Source: an uncultured Desulfobacter sp. (GTDB lineage: Bacteria; Desulfobacterota; Desulfobacteria; Desulfobacterales; Desulfobacteraceae). From it: 64,000 nt of DNA. This document shows positions 1-10,654 of the stretch, in pieces; positions within the stretch are counted from its first letter, which is position 1; each line of letters starts with the position of its first letter. The notes beneath the pieces are model-generated. The model searched no databases and was not told the DNA's origin. It worked only from the letters and a program-made list of their open reading frames with translations. The translations under genes and the position numbers were made by a program. The DNA lies in NCBI GenBank assembly GCA_963665095.1, contig OY762069.1, positions 6,016,001 through 6,080,000 on the forward strand, in the 5' to 3' direction.

Positions 1-234
1 GGAACCAACGGAAAAGGCTATATGTGCATAGCCGGAAAACTGCATGGCGGGGTCTGCTTTTGATTTTTGTATTTCCGGCATCTGCATGAGTTCAAGCCGG
101 GCACCGGAACTGAAAGTCAGAAAGTAGGAAAAGAAGCGTTTCTTTGCATTTACATATTTTGGCCCTGCCTGTGCACCAAAACACTTTTCATAAAACGATT
201 TCAGCAGTTCAATATCTTTGGCCCACAGGGCAAT
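1..234 (-). pseudogene. VOC/glyoxalase family protein, partial (runs off window; expected N-terminus not seen)
   Basis: Manual translation IALWAKDIELLKSFYEKCFG...SYFLTFSSGARLELMQ...GYAHIAFSVGS. The usual M-x-I-x-H start before IALW is absent. Confidence 0.7.
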
Positions 235-333
235 GACAGATACAGATAAGAACTTGCTTTTTGACTCAAGAAGTATAGAAAAATATTGGAAGCTTGGAAT
301 ATGCCCCCGCCGGGCCACAGGTACAACATGTTG

Positions 334-691
334 GTGCGCCACGAGGGCGCAGGATACCAGCGGATGAAAGTTCCGCCCGGGAAATTGTCGGTTCATCCCG
401 GTAGCGACCCAGACAGTGGGATAGGGAGACCTTCCTGCTGAAGCTCTGGGGACAATGTAAGCCTATAGGGCTGCAGCAACCTGGCAGGCCGCAACGCGAG
501 TGAACCCTGAGCAGGCCTCGAAAGGAAAGTCGTGGATGCCGACCCGCCCAAGATTCGGGGAAGGCCGAAGCGGAGCGGGGATGTAACCGATCCACTCGTT
601 TCGATCCACCGGGGTAATGGGGCAGCATGTCAGGAAGGTATCTTAGGTAACGTGGGTGACCCGTCCCGAATGCGGGGTTGTGACCCGTAAC
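334..691 (+). mobile_element. Group II intron 5' remnant (domain I region; no RT ORF, no domain V)
   Basis: Begins GTGCG at 334. Contains group II domain I-like segments (GAGTGAACC, GATGCCGAC, CCACCGGGGTAATGGGGCAGCATG, GGTAACGTGGGTGACCC). A second copy is at 35084. The 3' boundary is approximate. Confidence 0.8.
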
Positions 692-718
692 AAGTCATCA
701 TTGGATTGTGTCCCTTTG

Positions 719-1141
719 GTAATCATGCACAAGGTTTTTTTTCGGGGATAAACCAACTGAATTCGTCACAAAAAAAGGGGGACGGGCATGCTGCGATTGT
801 ATTACGCTGATGCGGTTTTATAATTCCAAGGCATCCACCGGGAAGGATCGGTTCTCAGCTCAGTTGCGTTATTCAGCAATGTGATCAGATAATCAAATGG
901 ATTGACCTTCATCAGATTGCAGGTCTGAATCAGGCTCATGAACATATCACCAACAAAGGCACCATGTTCCGTTTTATAAAATAGTGAGTTTTTTCGATGC
1001 AGGATACTTTGTTTCAGGCTACGTTCGCAAATGTTGTTATCCAGGGGGGCACCAGGCGTTTTCAAAAAACGGGTTAACTCAGGCCAATGTTTAATCATAT
1101 AGGCGATGGCTTTGCCCAGGCCAGAATTCGGTTCCGCCAGA
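719..1141 (-). mobile_element. IS66-family remnant: transposase C-terminus and probable right end
   Basis: Frame reads EPNSGLGKAIAYMIKHW...LDNNICERSLK...RKNSLF...SLIQTC...NPFDYL...WMPWNY (stop at 802). A GTAATC end-like motif is at 719. Cut off by the IS1634 end. Confidence 0.85.
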
Positions 1142-2035
1142 CTGATTTTCGACAGTTGATTTTTAAATATTCTTTTATTTCAATGCGATAGCCTACAACA
1201 AAAAAGTCTTGGCACTACCCGGTTACCTTTTTTACATCAATTTAGCGCCTTAATTGTCGAAGGAAGAGCGACCCGCACCGATTGAAATATCTTTCCGCAT
1301 ACCCCCTTACATTCGCTTCTGATTGAGAAACGTTGACCATCTTCTTCAATCTCAACTCGTTTCAGTGCTTTCAGGTCCTGTTTGATATCATTCCATTCAA
1401 AATGATGTCCATTTTCAGCCAGGCACCGGTCGAGATCTTTTCGCAATAAAAGAGCAAGAAAACTGCAAAACACATGACCAGCTGATCAAGACCCGGAGGT
1501 CATCAATCTATGTAATACCGTAAGAAAAATCGCCCGTTCTACGTCAAATTCAAATTTCCGTTCAGCAAGTAAGGATCTGATGACGTCCTGAATTCCACTT
1601 TCTTCCCATAACCTTTGAAAAATTAATGTCGGGCCGATGGTTAAGCTTTCCGCTTTAACGTCACTTTGCCCGGAAAGGATCAGCAGCGCTTTATCCGAAA
1701 ATCTGGCCAGGGACCGGATCAAGGTTTCAACCCTGCCTTTATCATGGAGGTGATCCAGTCGTCCGACTGTTGCAATCACCCGCTGTTTGACCTTACCCTG
1801 TTCCTTTCTATTCTCGACTATCTGCAAATATTGATACTTGCCGGACTTTTTTATTCTTGCAAACATTTGAGGGCCTCTTAACTATTAAAGACACTCCAAT
1901 ATTACAAGTCAAACATTGATATTACAGTAAAAAACGTTTGATTATGTGGCACTACCTTCCGTCCATTTCCTACATATTGGCAACGTATTTTCGGGGTTCT
2001 TCACTGTTTTGAGCAAATTAACTGTCGAACTTCAG
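1142..2035 (-). mobile_element. IS1634-family element, internally deleted (non-autonomous)
   Basis: TIRs CTGATTTTCGACAGTT (1142) and AACTGTCGAACTTCAG (2020-2035), 14/16 match. Transposase N-terminus (1486-1866, MFARIKKSG..YLQIVEN) is joined almost directly to the C-terminus (GHVFCSFLALLL, to 1237); the catalytic core is missing. Confidence 0.85.
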
Positions 2036-2127
2036 TCTGAGGTGAGGACTACCCTTGGGCCAGACCTCGTTTTTTGGCCAGACGGCTTCCTACAGGTTAT
2101 CCCTGTAGACCTGATTGAGGGCATTAT

Positions 2128-2601
2128 TCAATGATTTCTCAAGGCTTTTCTGGATGCTTTGTCTACCAATGTAAAAAACTGCTCTGCCTCATCTTTTAAC
2201 CGGGATGGCTTATGGCCTTTAACTTTTTTGAATTCACAACATAGTTGATCTGATAAATAGAAAAATTCCTGGTACAGAACGCTGTTTTTGATGGGGTTAT
2301 TTTTTTTTGACAAATAATCATTTTTTTCAAGCCGTCCACGCCTTGCCTGAAGCCCGATAATATTCTGGGAATCAGTATAGACAACAATTTTTGCGCCTGG
2401 CCTTTGAATTGAAGTTAATGCCCAGATCAGGGTCTGAATCTCCAGTTTCGTCGAGCTGGTGTGCTCAAATTTTTTTACCATAACATCGGCTTTAAAGGTT
2501 TGTGAATAAGGGACATCCAGCAGTACCGCAAGATACGCGCCGTAGCCAATTTGGGATTTGGGATTTACACTGCCATCGGTAAATAACCGCAAGGTTGTCA
2601 T
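2128..2601 (-). CDS. Ribonuclease HI-like protein
   Basis: LFTDGS, E in STKLE, VYTDSQ, KVKGH and VDKASR match the RNase H acidic residues. Confidence 0.85.
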   Translation of the reverse strand: MTTLRLFTDGSVNPKSQIGYGAYLAVLLDVPYSQTFKADVMVKKFEHTSSTKLEIQTLIWALTSIQRPGAKIVVYTDSQNIIGLQARRGRLEKNDYLSKKNNPIKNSVLYQEFFYLSDQLCCEFKKVKGHKPSRLKDEAEQFFTLVDKASRKALRNH

Positions 2602-2630
2602 TTGGTTAATCTCTTAACATCAATTGTCAT

Positions 2631-3074
2631 TCAAATACTGGCGAGCCAGTGGTTTAAGTGATTGGCAAACCTGTTCGTATTCTTTTGATTTATGGCCGCC
2701 GGTCCGCCGGTATCAATTCCACTGTCCCTTAAGCTCTCCTTGAACTTCCTTAGTCTCAACTGTTCCTGAATCGATTCTTTGGAATAAAGATGCCCTCTGG
2801 GGTTAAGGGCATACCCCTGTTTTTCCAGCACCTGGGCGGCTAACGGTATATCCGACGTAATGACCAGATCTCCTTTGTCAAGTAACTCAAGAATCTTGTT
2901 ATCCGCCTCGTCAAACCCGGAAGAGACCTGGAGAAATGTGATATAATTTCGACGGGGTATTTTCATGGAATGGTTGGCTACCATAGTTAATGTCACACCG
3001 GTCCGGTCCGCGGCCTTGAACAAAATATTTTTAATCACTGCTGGACATGCATCTGCGTCTACCCATATTTTCAT
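2631..3074 (-). CDS. YaiI/YqxD (DUF188) family protein
   Basis: IWVDADACP, DEAD, LVITSDIPLAA, NPRG, TGGP. Confidence 0.92.
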   Translation of the reverse strand: MKIWVDADACPAVIKNILFKAADRTGVTLTMVANHSMKIPRRNYITFLQVSSGFDEADNKILELLDKGDLVITSDIPLAAQVLEKQGYALNPRGHLYSKESIQEQLRLRKFKESLRDSGIDTGGPAAINQKNTNRFANHLNHWLASI

Positions 3075-3345
3075 TTAGAACCCTTTGCCTTCACAGTTAA
3101 CTGAAACGTAAGAAGGAGCATTTTCTTGCTTACTTCATGATGCAAGCTTATCAGGGCGCCCTCAAAGATACAAGCACGCTGAGGGCTACCTGTAGGCCAG
3201 GCGCTGTTTCCCAGTCCCACAACACCCATAGACTTTCCAGTACCTTTAACCTAATCAAAAAAATATCAGGATATTATGTTCTGTTGACATTCCATGAACT
3301 GTCTATAACTTAGCCTGCTCAATTGATCAGGCAACGATTTCCGAA

Positions 3346-3621
3346 TTGGCGGTGCAAGCGGTTTATCAGGGTATTGTGGTAAATATTGTGGCTTTAATGT
3401 GCGTGGCATATGCAATACACCATCTCGGAATCATAGTGGTCTCTTTGTTTATGTCTTTTGTGCCAGTGGTTACGGGTGTATTCGGCTGGATATTTTTGGC
3501 AGAGAACCTGAACGGGATGGAACTGCTTGGTATCGCAGGTTGTACGACAGGATTATTCATTTATGGCGTGGATGCTTCGAATTCCCTGAGGTTGTTATTG
3601 AGGGCAACAAATGTTTTTTAA
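3346..3621 (+). pseudogene. EamA/DMT transporter C-terminal fragment
   Basis: YQGIV...AIHHLG...PVVTGVFGWIFLAE covers only the last helices of an EamA repeat. Confidence 0.6.
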
Positions 3622-3636
3622 GGATGTGAACAGAAT

Positions 3637-3674
3637 GAGACACGCCCGGCAGGGAGGGCTGCCGGGCGTGTCTC
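3637..3674. terminator. Perfect 16-bp hairpin between convergent ORFs
   Basis: GAGACACGCCCGGCAG-GGAGGG-CTGCCGGGCGTGTCTC; no clear U-tract. Confidence 0.55.
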
Positions 3675-3722
3675 TGCAATGGTATGGGTGATTGCCTTTG
3701 GCAATCGCTACTGGTGCAGGCG

Positions 3723-4676
3723 TTAAGCCTGTCCGGCACTGACCGCAACTCTGGCATCGGCTGCCGGGCGGTTGACAAATGTGGGGTGCTGGTCGGTCAC
3801 GCTTGCATAAAGGTGTTCGTACTGTTTTTTTATGGGGTTGCAGTCAGCCCCGGTCCGGGTATTGAAAAAACGGTTGCCCGGAAGAATGTCGGGTTTGTAA
3901 AACAACCTGCCGGAACGGGTGTGGACATTTTTTACGCCCTCAATTGATCTGGCGAGGCTGGCCAGTTTTCTGCCGTATCTTGAAAACATCAGGACGGGTT
4001 TGTGAACCACCAGGTTGACCCGGTCCTTTTTCGCTGCCACAGATACGGGATGTCCTTTGTCCGCCATGAGGCAGGAGACCTTTGTTGCCAGATCAAATTC
4101 GGCGAAACTCATCTCCTCTTTTTTGTTGGCCGCTGCCTCGGAGATCATCTCAACCAGTTCTGACTGGCCCGTGCGGGTGACATTGACAATGCCGTCACAG
4201 TCTGCCGGCCGGCAGCTTTCTGCGGACCGCAGGTAGAGGGACCAGCGCAAAAAAGTATCGTCCGCCTGTTTGAGTCTGTTTTTTACCGTGGCAATGGGCT
4301 GGGTGCCGTCCTGCTGTACGACATTTTTAACCCTGAATTTTTCCGGGGCTGTAACCAGAAGATGAAGGCCTAAATTTGCCGGAATCAGTTTGCCTAAGAA
4401 TCCGCTCATGATCACCGGCCCTTTTTTTATCTCTTCTGCAATCACCGACTTGACCGCTGCGATGCACCGGGCTTTGGCCGGTGTGTACCGGTCGGCAAAG
4501 GGCGGATCTTTAAATATGCTGGTTTCAATGGCGGTCTCTTTTAAATCGTATTTAGCTGCTGCCGCACTGATGATGTCCCGGTCATACAATACCCGGTACC
4601 CCAGAATTTCTGCGGCGCGTTGCGCAAGATGCGCTTTCCCTGTGTACGCGCTTCCAAAAAAAGTAATGACGCTCAT
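3723..4676 (-). CDS. Cytidylate kinase-like family protein
   Basis: VITFFGSAYTG...AEILGYRVL, LLVTAP..FR; degenerate P-loop plus C-terminal extension. Confidence 0.7.
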   Translation of the reverse strand: MSVITFFGSAYTGKAHLAQRAAEILGYRVLYDRDIISAAAAKYDLKETAIETSIFKDPPFADRYTPAKARCIAAVKSVIAEEIKKGPVIMSGFLGKLIPANLGLHLLVTAPEKFRVKNVVQQDGTQPIATVKNRLKQADDTFLRWSLYLRSAESCRPADCDGIVNVTRTGQSELVEMISEAAANKKEEMSFAEFDLATKVSCLMADKGHPVSVAAKKDRVNLVVHKPVLMFSRYGRKLASLARSIEGVKNVHTRSGRLFYKPDILPGNRFFNTRTGADCNPIKKQYEHLYASVTDQHPTFVNRPAADARVAVSAGQA

Positions 4677-4740
4677 GTCGATCTCCTTATTTAAAAAGGC
4701 GTTAATCTATTAATCTTGACAAATCTGAATAATGACCTCT

Positions 4741-4935
4741 TCAACAAGTGTGCCGGGGCGAAATAAATTTTTAATATATTGAAATTAAAGGGTATATTTA
4801 GGCTTGGGCCTGGAGGGATGGGAAATATAAAAAGGTTGCATTTTGAAACGTTTATGATGGAAGGGGCTCTGGCCCCGTATTTTAGGCCGGAATGATTTAT
4901 GTTTCATTTGTGAAAGCCCAGTTGAATTTTGCAAC
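4741..4935 (-). promoter_or_regulatory. Possible sigma54 promoter with upstream activator sites
   Basis: Minus-strand CGGCACACTTGTTGA (GG-N10-GA, non-canonical -12). Palindrome-like GTTGCATTTTGAAAC (4835), GTTTCATTTGTGAAAG (4901), GTTGAATTTTGCAAC (4921). Confidence 0.4.
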
Positions 4936-5034
4936 ACCTGGCCCAATACTCTGGTTTAATCATGATTGCAATTATGATCAATGGCTTGTATATCCATCCG
5001 GTGAAACACCATCTTTTACCAAGGAGTCGATGAA

Positions 5035-5304
5035 TTGAATAACTGGTCCACCTATCTGTTAAGATGCTCTGATGCTTCTTTGTACTGCGGTGTCACCAAT
5101 AATCTTGAAAACCGGATAACACGTCATAATCAGGGTACGGCATCGAAATACACCCGCTCACGTATTCCGGTGGCACTGGCGGCTGTCCGGACAAGGCTGT
5201 CCAAAAGTGATGCATATAAACTTGAATATTTAGTCAAACAGGTCCGGGCCGAAAAGAAAATTGATACCCTGCTCAACTGGAATAATGACAATGACGGCTG
5301 TTAA
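5035..5304 (+). CDS. GIY-YIG nuclease (UPF0213-like)
   Basis: YLLRCSDASLYCGVTNNLENRITRHNQG..SKYTR...A.KLE. Confidence 0.88.
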   Translation: MNNWSTYLLRCSDASLYCGVTNNLENRITRHNQGTASKYTRSRIPVALAAVRTRLSKSDAYKLEYLVKQVRAEKKIDTLLNWNNDNDGC

Positions 5305-5530
5305 AATTCCCCATGACCAGCTGAGTCCTGAAGCCCTTGAGGGCGTTGTTGAAGAGTTTGTCACACGTGACGGAACCGATTACGGGGAATATGAAGTACC
5401 GCTGGAAACCAGAATATCCCGGGTGGTCTCCCAGCTCAGGTCCGGAAGGGCTGTTATTGTGTTTGATCCTGAATCGGAAACCTGCAATATTTTTAAAGCG
5501 GATGATCCTGTTTTAAAAAATCTTGATTAG
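5291..5530 (+). CDS. YheU family protein
   Basis: IPHDQLSPEAL..VEEFVTRDGTDYGE...L.SG.AVIVFD.ESETCNI. Confidence 0.9.
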   Translation: MTAVKIPHDQLSPEALEGVVEEFVTRDGTDYGEYEVPLETRISRVVSQLRSGRAVIVFDPESETCNIFKADDPVLKNLD

Positions 5531-5551
5531 AGGCTCAACCCATTGCCGGGC

Positions 5552-7114
5552 CTACCAGTCAATGGGGAAATAGTCCTTCAGGAATTTTCCGCACCAGTGC
5601 TTTCCCGTTAATATGCCGTGGAAAAACGGATCACAGATCCGGGCCGCCCCATCTACAATATCAAGCGGTGGCTGAAAATCATGGCGGTCCTGTTTCAGTT
5701 TTGCAAGAACGGCCGGATCCTCATCCGTAACCCAGCCGGTATCCACCGCATTTATATAGATCCCGTATTTGGCAAGGTCCTCTGACGCTGTGTGCGTCAG
5801 CATGTTTAAAGCGGCTTTGGCCATATTGGTATGGGGGTGGCGGCTGTCTTTTTTAAAGCGCAGGAATTTGCCTTCCATGGCAGAGACATTGACAACGTGT
5901 TTCTGGCCGGTGACATCAGCTTTCATCAGGTCAATAAGCCGGTTACACAGGACAAAGGGGGCCACGTTGTTTACCAGTTGGATTTCCAGCATTTCGGCCG
6001 TCTCAATTTCCCCGAGCTTCAGCCGCCAGGAGTTGGTCTTCCGCAGATCCACCTGCTGGAGATCGGCATCCAGGGCCTGGTCCGGGAACACTTCGGGGTC
6101 ATCCATGCTGTGGTCATAGGTGTATGGGATCTGGGAGAGCCTTGCGGACTGGCGCAGCCCGATCCCCGGTGCCGTGCCCTTCCACGAGACCGGCAGGGTG
6201 CTGTTGTTCTCTTTGGATCTGTCCGTTTCCAGGCAGGCCAGGCACTCCTGGTAATGGCCCAGAAGGGCTGCGGCCTCCCGGGGCAGGGATGAGAGATCGC
6301 TCTGCTCAGTGGCCATGAGATGGGCATAAAATCCCGGCGGCCGCCGAACGGTCTGGGCAGCGTTGTTAATGAGAATATCCAGGCGCTGGTAGGCCTGTTT
6401 GACATGGTCGCAGAACAGTTCTACGCTGGGAATGTGGCGCAGGTCCAGCCCGTAGATATGCAGCCTGTGTCCCCATTGTCCAAAATCAGGCTCCTTTGAA
6501 AACCGTAAGGCTGAGTCTTTGGGAAACCGTGTGGTGGCGATCACCCGGGCACCTGCTTTAAGCATCATTAACGTGGCCTGGTACCCGATTTTCAGCCTGG
6601 AGCCTGTAATGACGGCCACCTGTCCCTCAAGGGATGCCGTCTGAAACCGTTTCTGGTAGTTGAATTCAGCACATTCAGGACACATGCTGTCATAGAAATG
6701 ATGCAGGCTTGTAAATTCCGCCTTGCATACATAGCAGTTACGGGGGGATTCAAGATGTCCGGTCGCCTCAACGCGTTCCGGTGCAGGGCCTTCGATCTGT
6801 GGCGGGGCAGTGAATACCGTGGCCTCCCGGGCTTTCCGGATGCCGGTTGCGGCCCTCATCTGCCGCTCTTTTTTTACAACAGCCAGCCTCATCTGCCGCC
6901 TTTTGTCCTTGTTGCGCTTTTTTATCTCTGCCCTGTCAGGCCGGGAGATTCTGCCGGCGGCTTTGATCAGGGCGATGCGGTCGTTTTCAGGAAGGTGCGC
7001 CAACAGTTCAGACTGGTCTGCCAGGGCTTCCAGCACCCTGATGCAGCAGCCAATATCCGCAAGAATCTGTTTTTCGTATTCCGGGCCTGTCTGGTCCCGG
7101 TCTTTTTTTTCCAC
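5552..7114 (-). CDS. SDR family oxidoreductase with N-terminal Cys motif region
   Basis: CYVC...[45 protein letters not shown] start at 7114 chosen for the AAGGA upstream. Confidence 0.88.
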   Translation of the reverse strand: MEKKDRDQTGPEYEKQILADIGCCIRVLEALADQSELLAHLPENDRIALIKAAGRISRPDRAEIKKRNKDKRRQMRLAVVKKERQMRAATGIRKAREATVFTAPPQIEGPAPERVEATGHLESPRNCYVCKAEFTSLHHFYDSMCPECAEFNYQKRFQTASLEGQVAVITGSRLKIGYQATLMMLKAGARVIATTRFPKDSALRFSKEPDFGQWGHRLHIYGLDLRHIPSVELFCDHVKQAYQRLDILINNAAQTVRRPPGFYAHLMATEQSDLSSLPREAAALLGHYQECLACLETDRSKENNSTLPVSWKGTAPGIGLRQSARLSQIPYTYDHSMDDPEVFPDQALDADLQQVDLRKTNSWRLKLGEIETAEMLEIQLVNNVAPFVLCNRLIDLMKADVTGQKHVVNVSAMEGKFLRFKKDSRHPHTNMAKAALNMLTHTASEDLAKYGIYINAVDTGWVTDEDPAVLAKLKQDRHDFQPPLDIVDGAARICDPFFHGILTGKHWCGKFLKDYFPIDW

Positions 7115-7336
7115 AGTGTTGTTTTCCTTAAAGAATGGGGCTGAGGCATTCATGCCGTTAAAAAATTGCAGATTATTATAGCTGATCTGCCGGTTTGTCA
7201 ACCTGTGGATGGCGGCCCCGGTGCCAATTGTTTGAATATGAAGAAGAAATGACGAGTTACTAAGGTCTCCGCCCAACTGTGGAAGAGACAGCTGTTGGCT
7301 TGCCTGGGCTTGTATACGGGGCATATTAAATTATGT

Positions 7337-7365
7337 TTGACAATCATTCAGAAGCAAAATAGTAT
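7337..7365 (+). promoter_or_regulatory. sigma70-type promoter of the corrinoid operon
   Basis: TTGACA-17 bp-TAGTAT. Confidence 0.55.
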
Positions 7366-7408
7366 TCAGCATTCTAATAGTATTAATTTTTCACCACGGA
7401 GGTACCAC

Positions 7409-8047
7409 ATGACCCCAGTGCTGAATCAACTGGCTGAGACCCTGCCCACCGGCGACATGGAATCCACTGCCCTTTTGGTCCGGCAGGCCCTGGATGAAGG
7501 GATCCATGCTGAAACCGTGTTGAATCAGGGGCTGATCGCAGGCATGGATATTGTCGGGCAAAAATTTCAGAACGGTGAGTTCTTTATCCCCCACATGCTC
7601 CTGGCCGCACGGGCCATGCAGTCCGCCATCGGTATTCTGAAACCGGTTCTGGTTGAAAGCGGTGTCGAACCCGCAGGTCACGTCCTGCTGGGCACTGTTC
7701 AGGGGGACCATCACGACATCGGAAAAAATCTTGTCCGCGTCATGCTGGAGGGCAAAGGCTTTGCCGTCACAGACCTTGGCATTGACGTGCGCCCTGAGGC
7801 CTTTGCACAGGCGGTGACGGAAAAAATTCAGATTGTGGCCATGAGTGCATTGCTGTCCACCACGGCCCCCTTTATCGAGAAAACCATTGAGGCCATGGAA
7901 AAGGCGGGCCTTCGCAGCCGGGTCAAGATTATTATCGGAGGCGGGGTGGTGACCCGGGAGATGGCCGAGGCGTATGGTGCCGATGCCTACGGCAGTGATG
8001 CGGCGGTGGGTGCTGTCAAGTCCGCAGAACTGGTAGGTATTGTTTAA
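7409..8047 (+). CDS. Corrinoid (B12-binding) methyltransferase protein
   Basis: Cap domain GLIAGMDIVG..F...EFFIP, B12 motif GDHHDIGKNLV, SALL, IGG; RBS GGAGG. Confidence 0.93.
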   Translation: MTPVLNQLAETLPTGDMESTALLVRQALDEGIHAETVLNQGLIAGMDIVGQKFQNGEFFIPHMLLAARAMQSAIGILKPVLVESGVEPAGHVLLGTVQGDHHDIGKNLVRVMLEGKGFAVTDLGIDVRPEAFAQAVTEKIQIVAMSALLSTTAPFIEKTIEAMEKAGLRSRVKIIIGGGVVTREMAEAYGADAYGSDAAVGAVKSAELVGIV

Positions 8048-8149
8048 CGTAAGGCGTTGCCTGGCAAAGATGCCGGTACTATGTTGCCGGAACCCCCTTT
8101 GGTGAGATGCCGCCACAGGTTTATTCACCCCCTGCATCAGGAGAGACCT

Positions 8150-9253
8150 ATGAACGGACGCGAACGTATTTTAACCGCCCTGAGTCATCAGGAACCCGAC
8201 CGGGTGCCGCTATACATCCATGGGATTAACGAAAAGCCCATCATCGCCATTGCCGGTGAATTTATGGAGGGGCTGCCCGATCCTGACACATCCTTTTACG
8301 ACATGACCGATTTGGAAAAGATCAATATGCTTGAAGCCCTTTTCGTGGTCCATGAGCAGCACGACATCGACGGGTTCACCGCCCTGGAATTCGGCCATGA
8401 AGAGCGCATCAGTGAAGACAAGGTCAAAGATGCCTGGGGCGTGGTCTACCAGCTCAACCCCTTTGGCCTGCCTGTGGCCTGCCGCCATCCCGTTCCGGAC
8501 AGGGCTGCCCTGGCGGGTTTCATGCCGCCGCTGCCCAAAAAGGAGAACCTGCTGCTGCTCATGGCGGCCCGTGACCGGTTCAAGGATACCAAGGCCATTT
8601 TCTGGATGATGCGCGGTACGTTTGTAATGAGCTGGCGGCTGGTCGGCATGGAAAACCTCATGCTCAAAATGTTCGATGATCCCGATTTTGTCCACAGCAT
8701 CGCCCAAATGACCTTTGAATACAACGTCCAGCTGCTGGACATGCTGGTGGAAGCCGGGCTGGACGTTCTCATCGTGGAGGATGATATTGCCGACAAGAAT
8801 TTCCCGCTCATCGCACCGGATCAGTTCCGTGAATTCATCAATCGCTACAACCGGCAGCTGGTGGCCCTGGGCCATGAAAAAGGGCTTAAGGTGATCCGGC
8901 ACAGCGACGGAAACCTGTGGCCCCTGATGGACATCCTTCTGGCGTCAGGGTACGACGGCCTCAATCCCCTGGAACCACAGGCCGGCATGGATCTCAAACG
9001 TGTCAGGGAATATTGCGGGGACCGGCTATGCCTGCTGGGCAACATCGACTGCATTGACCTTCTGCCCAACGGCACCACTGCCCAGGTAGAGGCAGCGGTG
9101 CGGAAGGCCATTGACGATGCCGGCCATGGCGGCGGGCTGGTGATCTGCTCGTCCAACTCCCTGCATCCCGGTGTAAACCCGGACAACTGCATTGCCATGT
9201 TTAATGCCACCAAGCGCTTCGGCCGCTATCCCCTGGACCGGATCGCACCCTGA
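8150..9253 (+). CDS. Uroporphyrinogen decarboxylase / MtaA-CmuA family protein
   Basis: ERI..AL...EPDRVP, HSDGN, LLGNID, GGGLVICSSNS. Confidence 0.85.
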   Translation: MNGRERILTALSHQEPDRVPLYIHGINEKPIIAIAGEFMEGLPDPDTSFYDMTDLEKINMLEALFVVHEQHDIDGFTALEFGHEERISEDKVKDAWGVVYQLNPFGLPVACRHPVPDRAALAGFMPPLPKKENLLLLMAARDRFKDTKAIFWMMRGTFVMSWRLVGMENLMLKMFDDPDFVHSIAQMTFEYNVQLLDMLVEAGLDVLIVEDDIADKNFPLIAPDQFREFINRYNRQLVALGHEKGLKVIRHSDGNLWPLMDILLASGYDGLNPLEPQAGMDLKRVREYCGDRLCLLGNIDCIDLLPNGTTAQVEAAVRKAIDDAGHGGGLVICSSNSLHPGVNPDNCIAMFNATKRFGRYPLDRIAP

Positions 9254-9282
9254 TCAACCCGCTTGCCTGAAAAGAGGCCCCT

Positions 9283-10581
9283 ATGGATGTGCAAACAAAA
9301 GTCCCGGCAAAAGCCGGGCGCAGCGCCCACTACGCCTTTGTTCTGCTTTTTCTGCTCTATATGTTCGACTACATCGACCGCATGGTCATTGTATCGCTCT
9401 TTCCTTATATCAAGCAGGACTGGGGCGTCAGCGATACCCGGCTCGGCCTTCTGGTCTCTGCGGTCTACTGGTCGATTCTGGTCTTTACCCTGCCCATATC
9501 CATCCTCATTGACCGCTGGAGCCGGAAGCACTGCATCGGCATCATGGCCATCATCTGGGGACTGGCCACCATTGCCTGTGCCTTTGCCCGGAATTTCACC
9601 CAGCTTTTCTCGGCCCGGGTGGTGATCGGCGCAGGCGAAGCCGGTTATGCACCCGGGGGCACGGCCATGATTTCAGCCCTCTATCCCCGGGAGAAGCGGG
9701 CACGGATGATCGGGATCTGGAACGCCTCCATTCCCCTGGGCAGCGCCATCGGCATCGCCCTGGGCGGTTTTGTGGCCCAGCGGTTCGGCTGGCAGCATGC
9801 CTTTGGCCTTGTGGCCCTGCCCGGGCTCGTGGTGGCATTTCTGTTCTTTGGTGTGCGCGACTACAAGACCGTTGCCCTGGTCCACCAGCGGGGCGCGGCC
9901 GCCCGGAACATGGGGTGGGGCGAGGTTGTGGCGGAATTCACCCGGAAACCCTCCCTGATCCTGAACAATCTGGCAATGGCCTGCTGTGTCTTTGTCACCA
10001 CCTCCCTTTTGACCTGGCTGCCCACCTATTTCCACCGGGTAGAGGGGCTGGACATGACCAAAGCCGGGCTTAAAGGCAGTTCTGTCATGCTTTTGGCCAT
10101 TGTTGGCGCCCCTTTGGGGGGCTTTTTGACCGATCGCTGGTACAGGCGGCAGAAACGGGCACGCATGCTCTTTCCTGCCCTTGCAGCCCTGGTTTCAGGT
10201 GTTTTGCTCTTTGTCACCTTTGGCCTGCTTCGCGGCACGCCCCAGTATGTGGTGCTGCTGCTCAGCGGGATTGCAGTCACAGGGTTTGTGTCTGCCGCCG
10301 TGGCCGTTACCCAGGATGTGGTGCATGCAGGGCTGCGGGCAGTCTCCTTAAGTCTGAATATCATTATTCAGCATGTGCTCGGCAGTGCCGTTGGGCCGCC
10401 GGTGATCGGGGCTTTTTCTGATAAGCTCGGCCTGGAACGGGCCATGCTGTTCATCCCGGCATTCTGTCTGGCGGCCGCCCTGCTTTTCTGGCTTGGTTCA
10501 TTCTTCTACACCCGGGATCTTGACAAGGTCAGCCGCGAGCAAGTACCGTGGGAAGCCAGCGGCCAGATGGCCCGGGAGTAG
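9283..10581 (+). CDS. MFS transporter (spinster-like)
   Basis: YIDR, DRWSRK, R..IGAGEAGY, about 12 hydrophobic segments. Confidence 0.92.
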   Translation: MDVQTKVPAKAGRSAHYAFVLLFLLYMFDYIDRMVIVSLFPYIKQDWGVSDTRLGLLVSAVYWSILVFTLPISILIDRWSRKHCIGIMAIIWGLATIACAFARNFTQLFSARVVIGAGEAGYAPGGTAMISALYPREKRARMIGIWNASIPLGSAIGIALGGFVAQRFGWQHAFGLVALPGLVVAFLFFGVRDYKTVALVHQRGAAARNMGWGEVVAEFTRKPSLILNNLAMACCVFVTTSLLTWLPTYFHRVEGLDMTKAGLKGSSVMLLAIVGAPLGGFLTDRWYRRQKRARMLFPALAALVSGVLLFVTFGLLRGTPQYVVLLLSGIAVTGFVSAAVAVTQDVVHAGLRAVSLSLNIIIQHVLGSAVGPPVIGAFSDKLGLERAMLFIPAFCLAAALLFWLGSFFYTRDLDKVSREQVPWEASGQMARE

Positions 10582-10654
10582 CACCGAAGCCCGGGCCCCA
10601 CAGGCAGGCGGCAGCGTTTTTGTGATAAACTGAAACATCAGAGGGGAGTGAGCC

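Noticed and set aside
266..628. 120-aa minus-strand ORF
   Set aside because: Antisense shadow of the group II intron RNA; no protein motifs.
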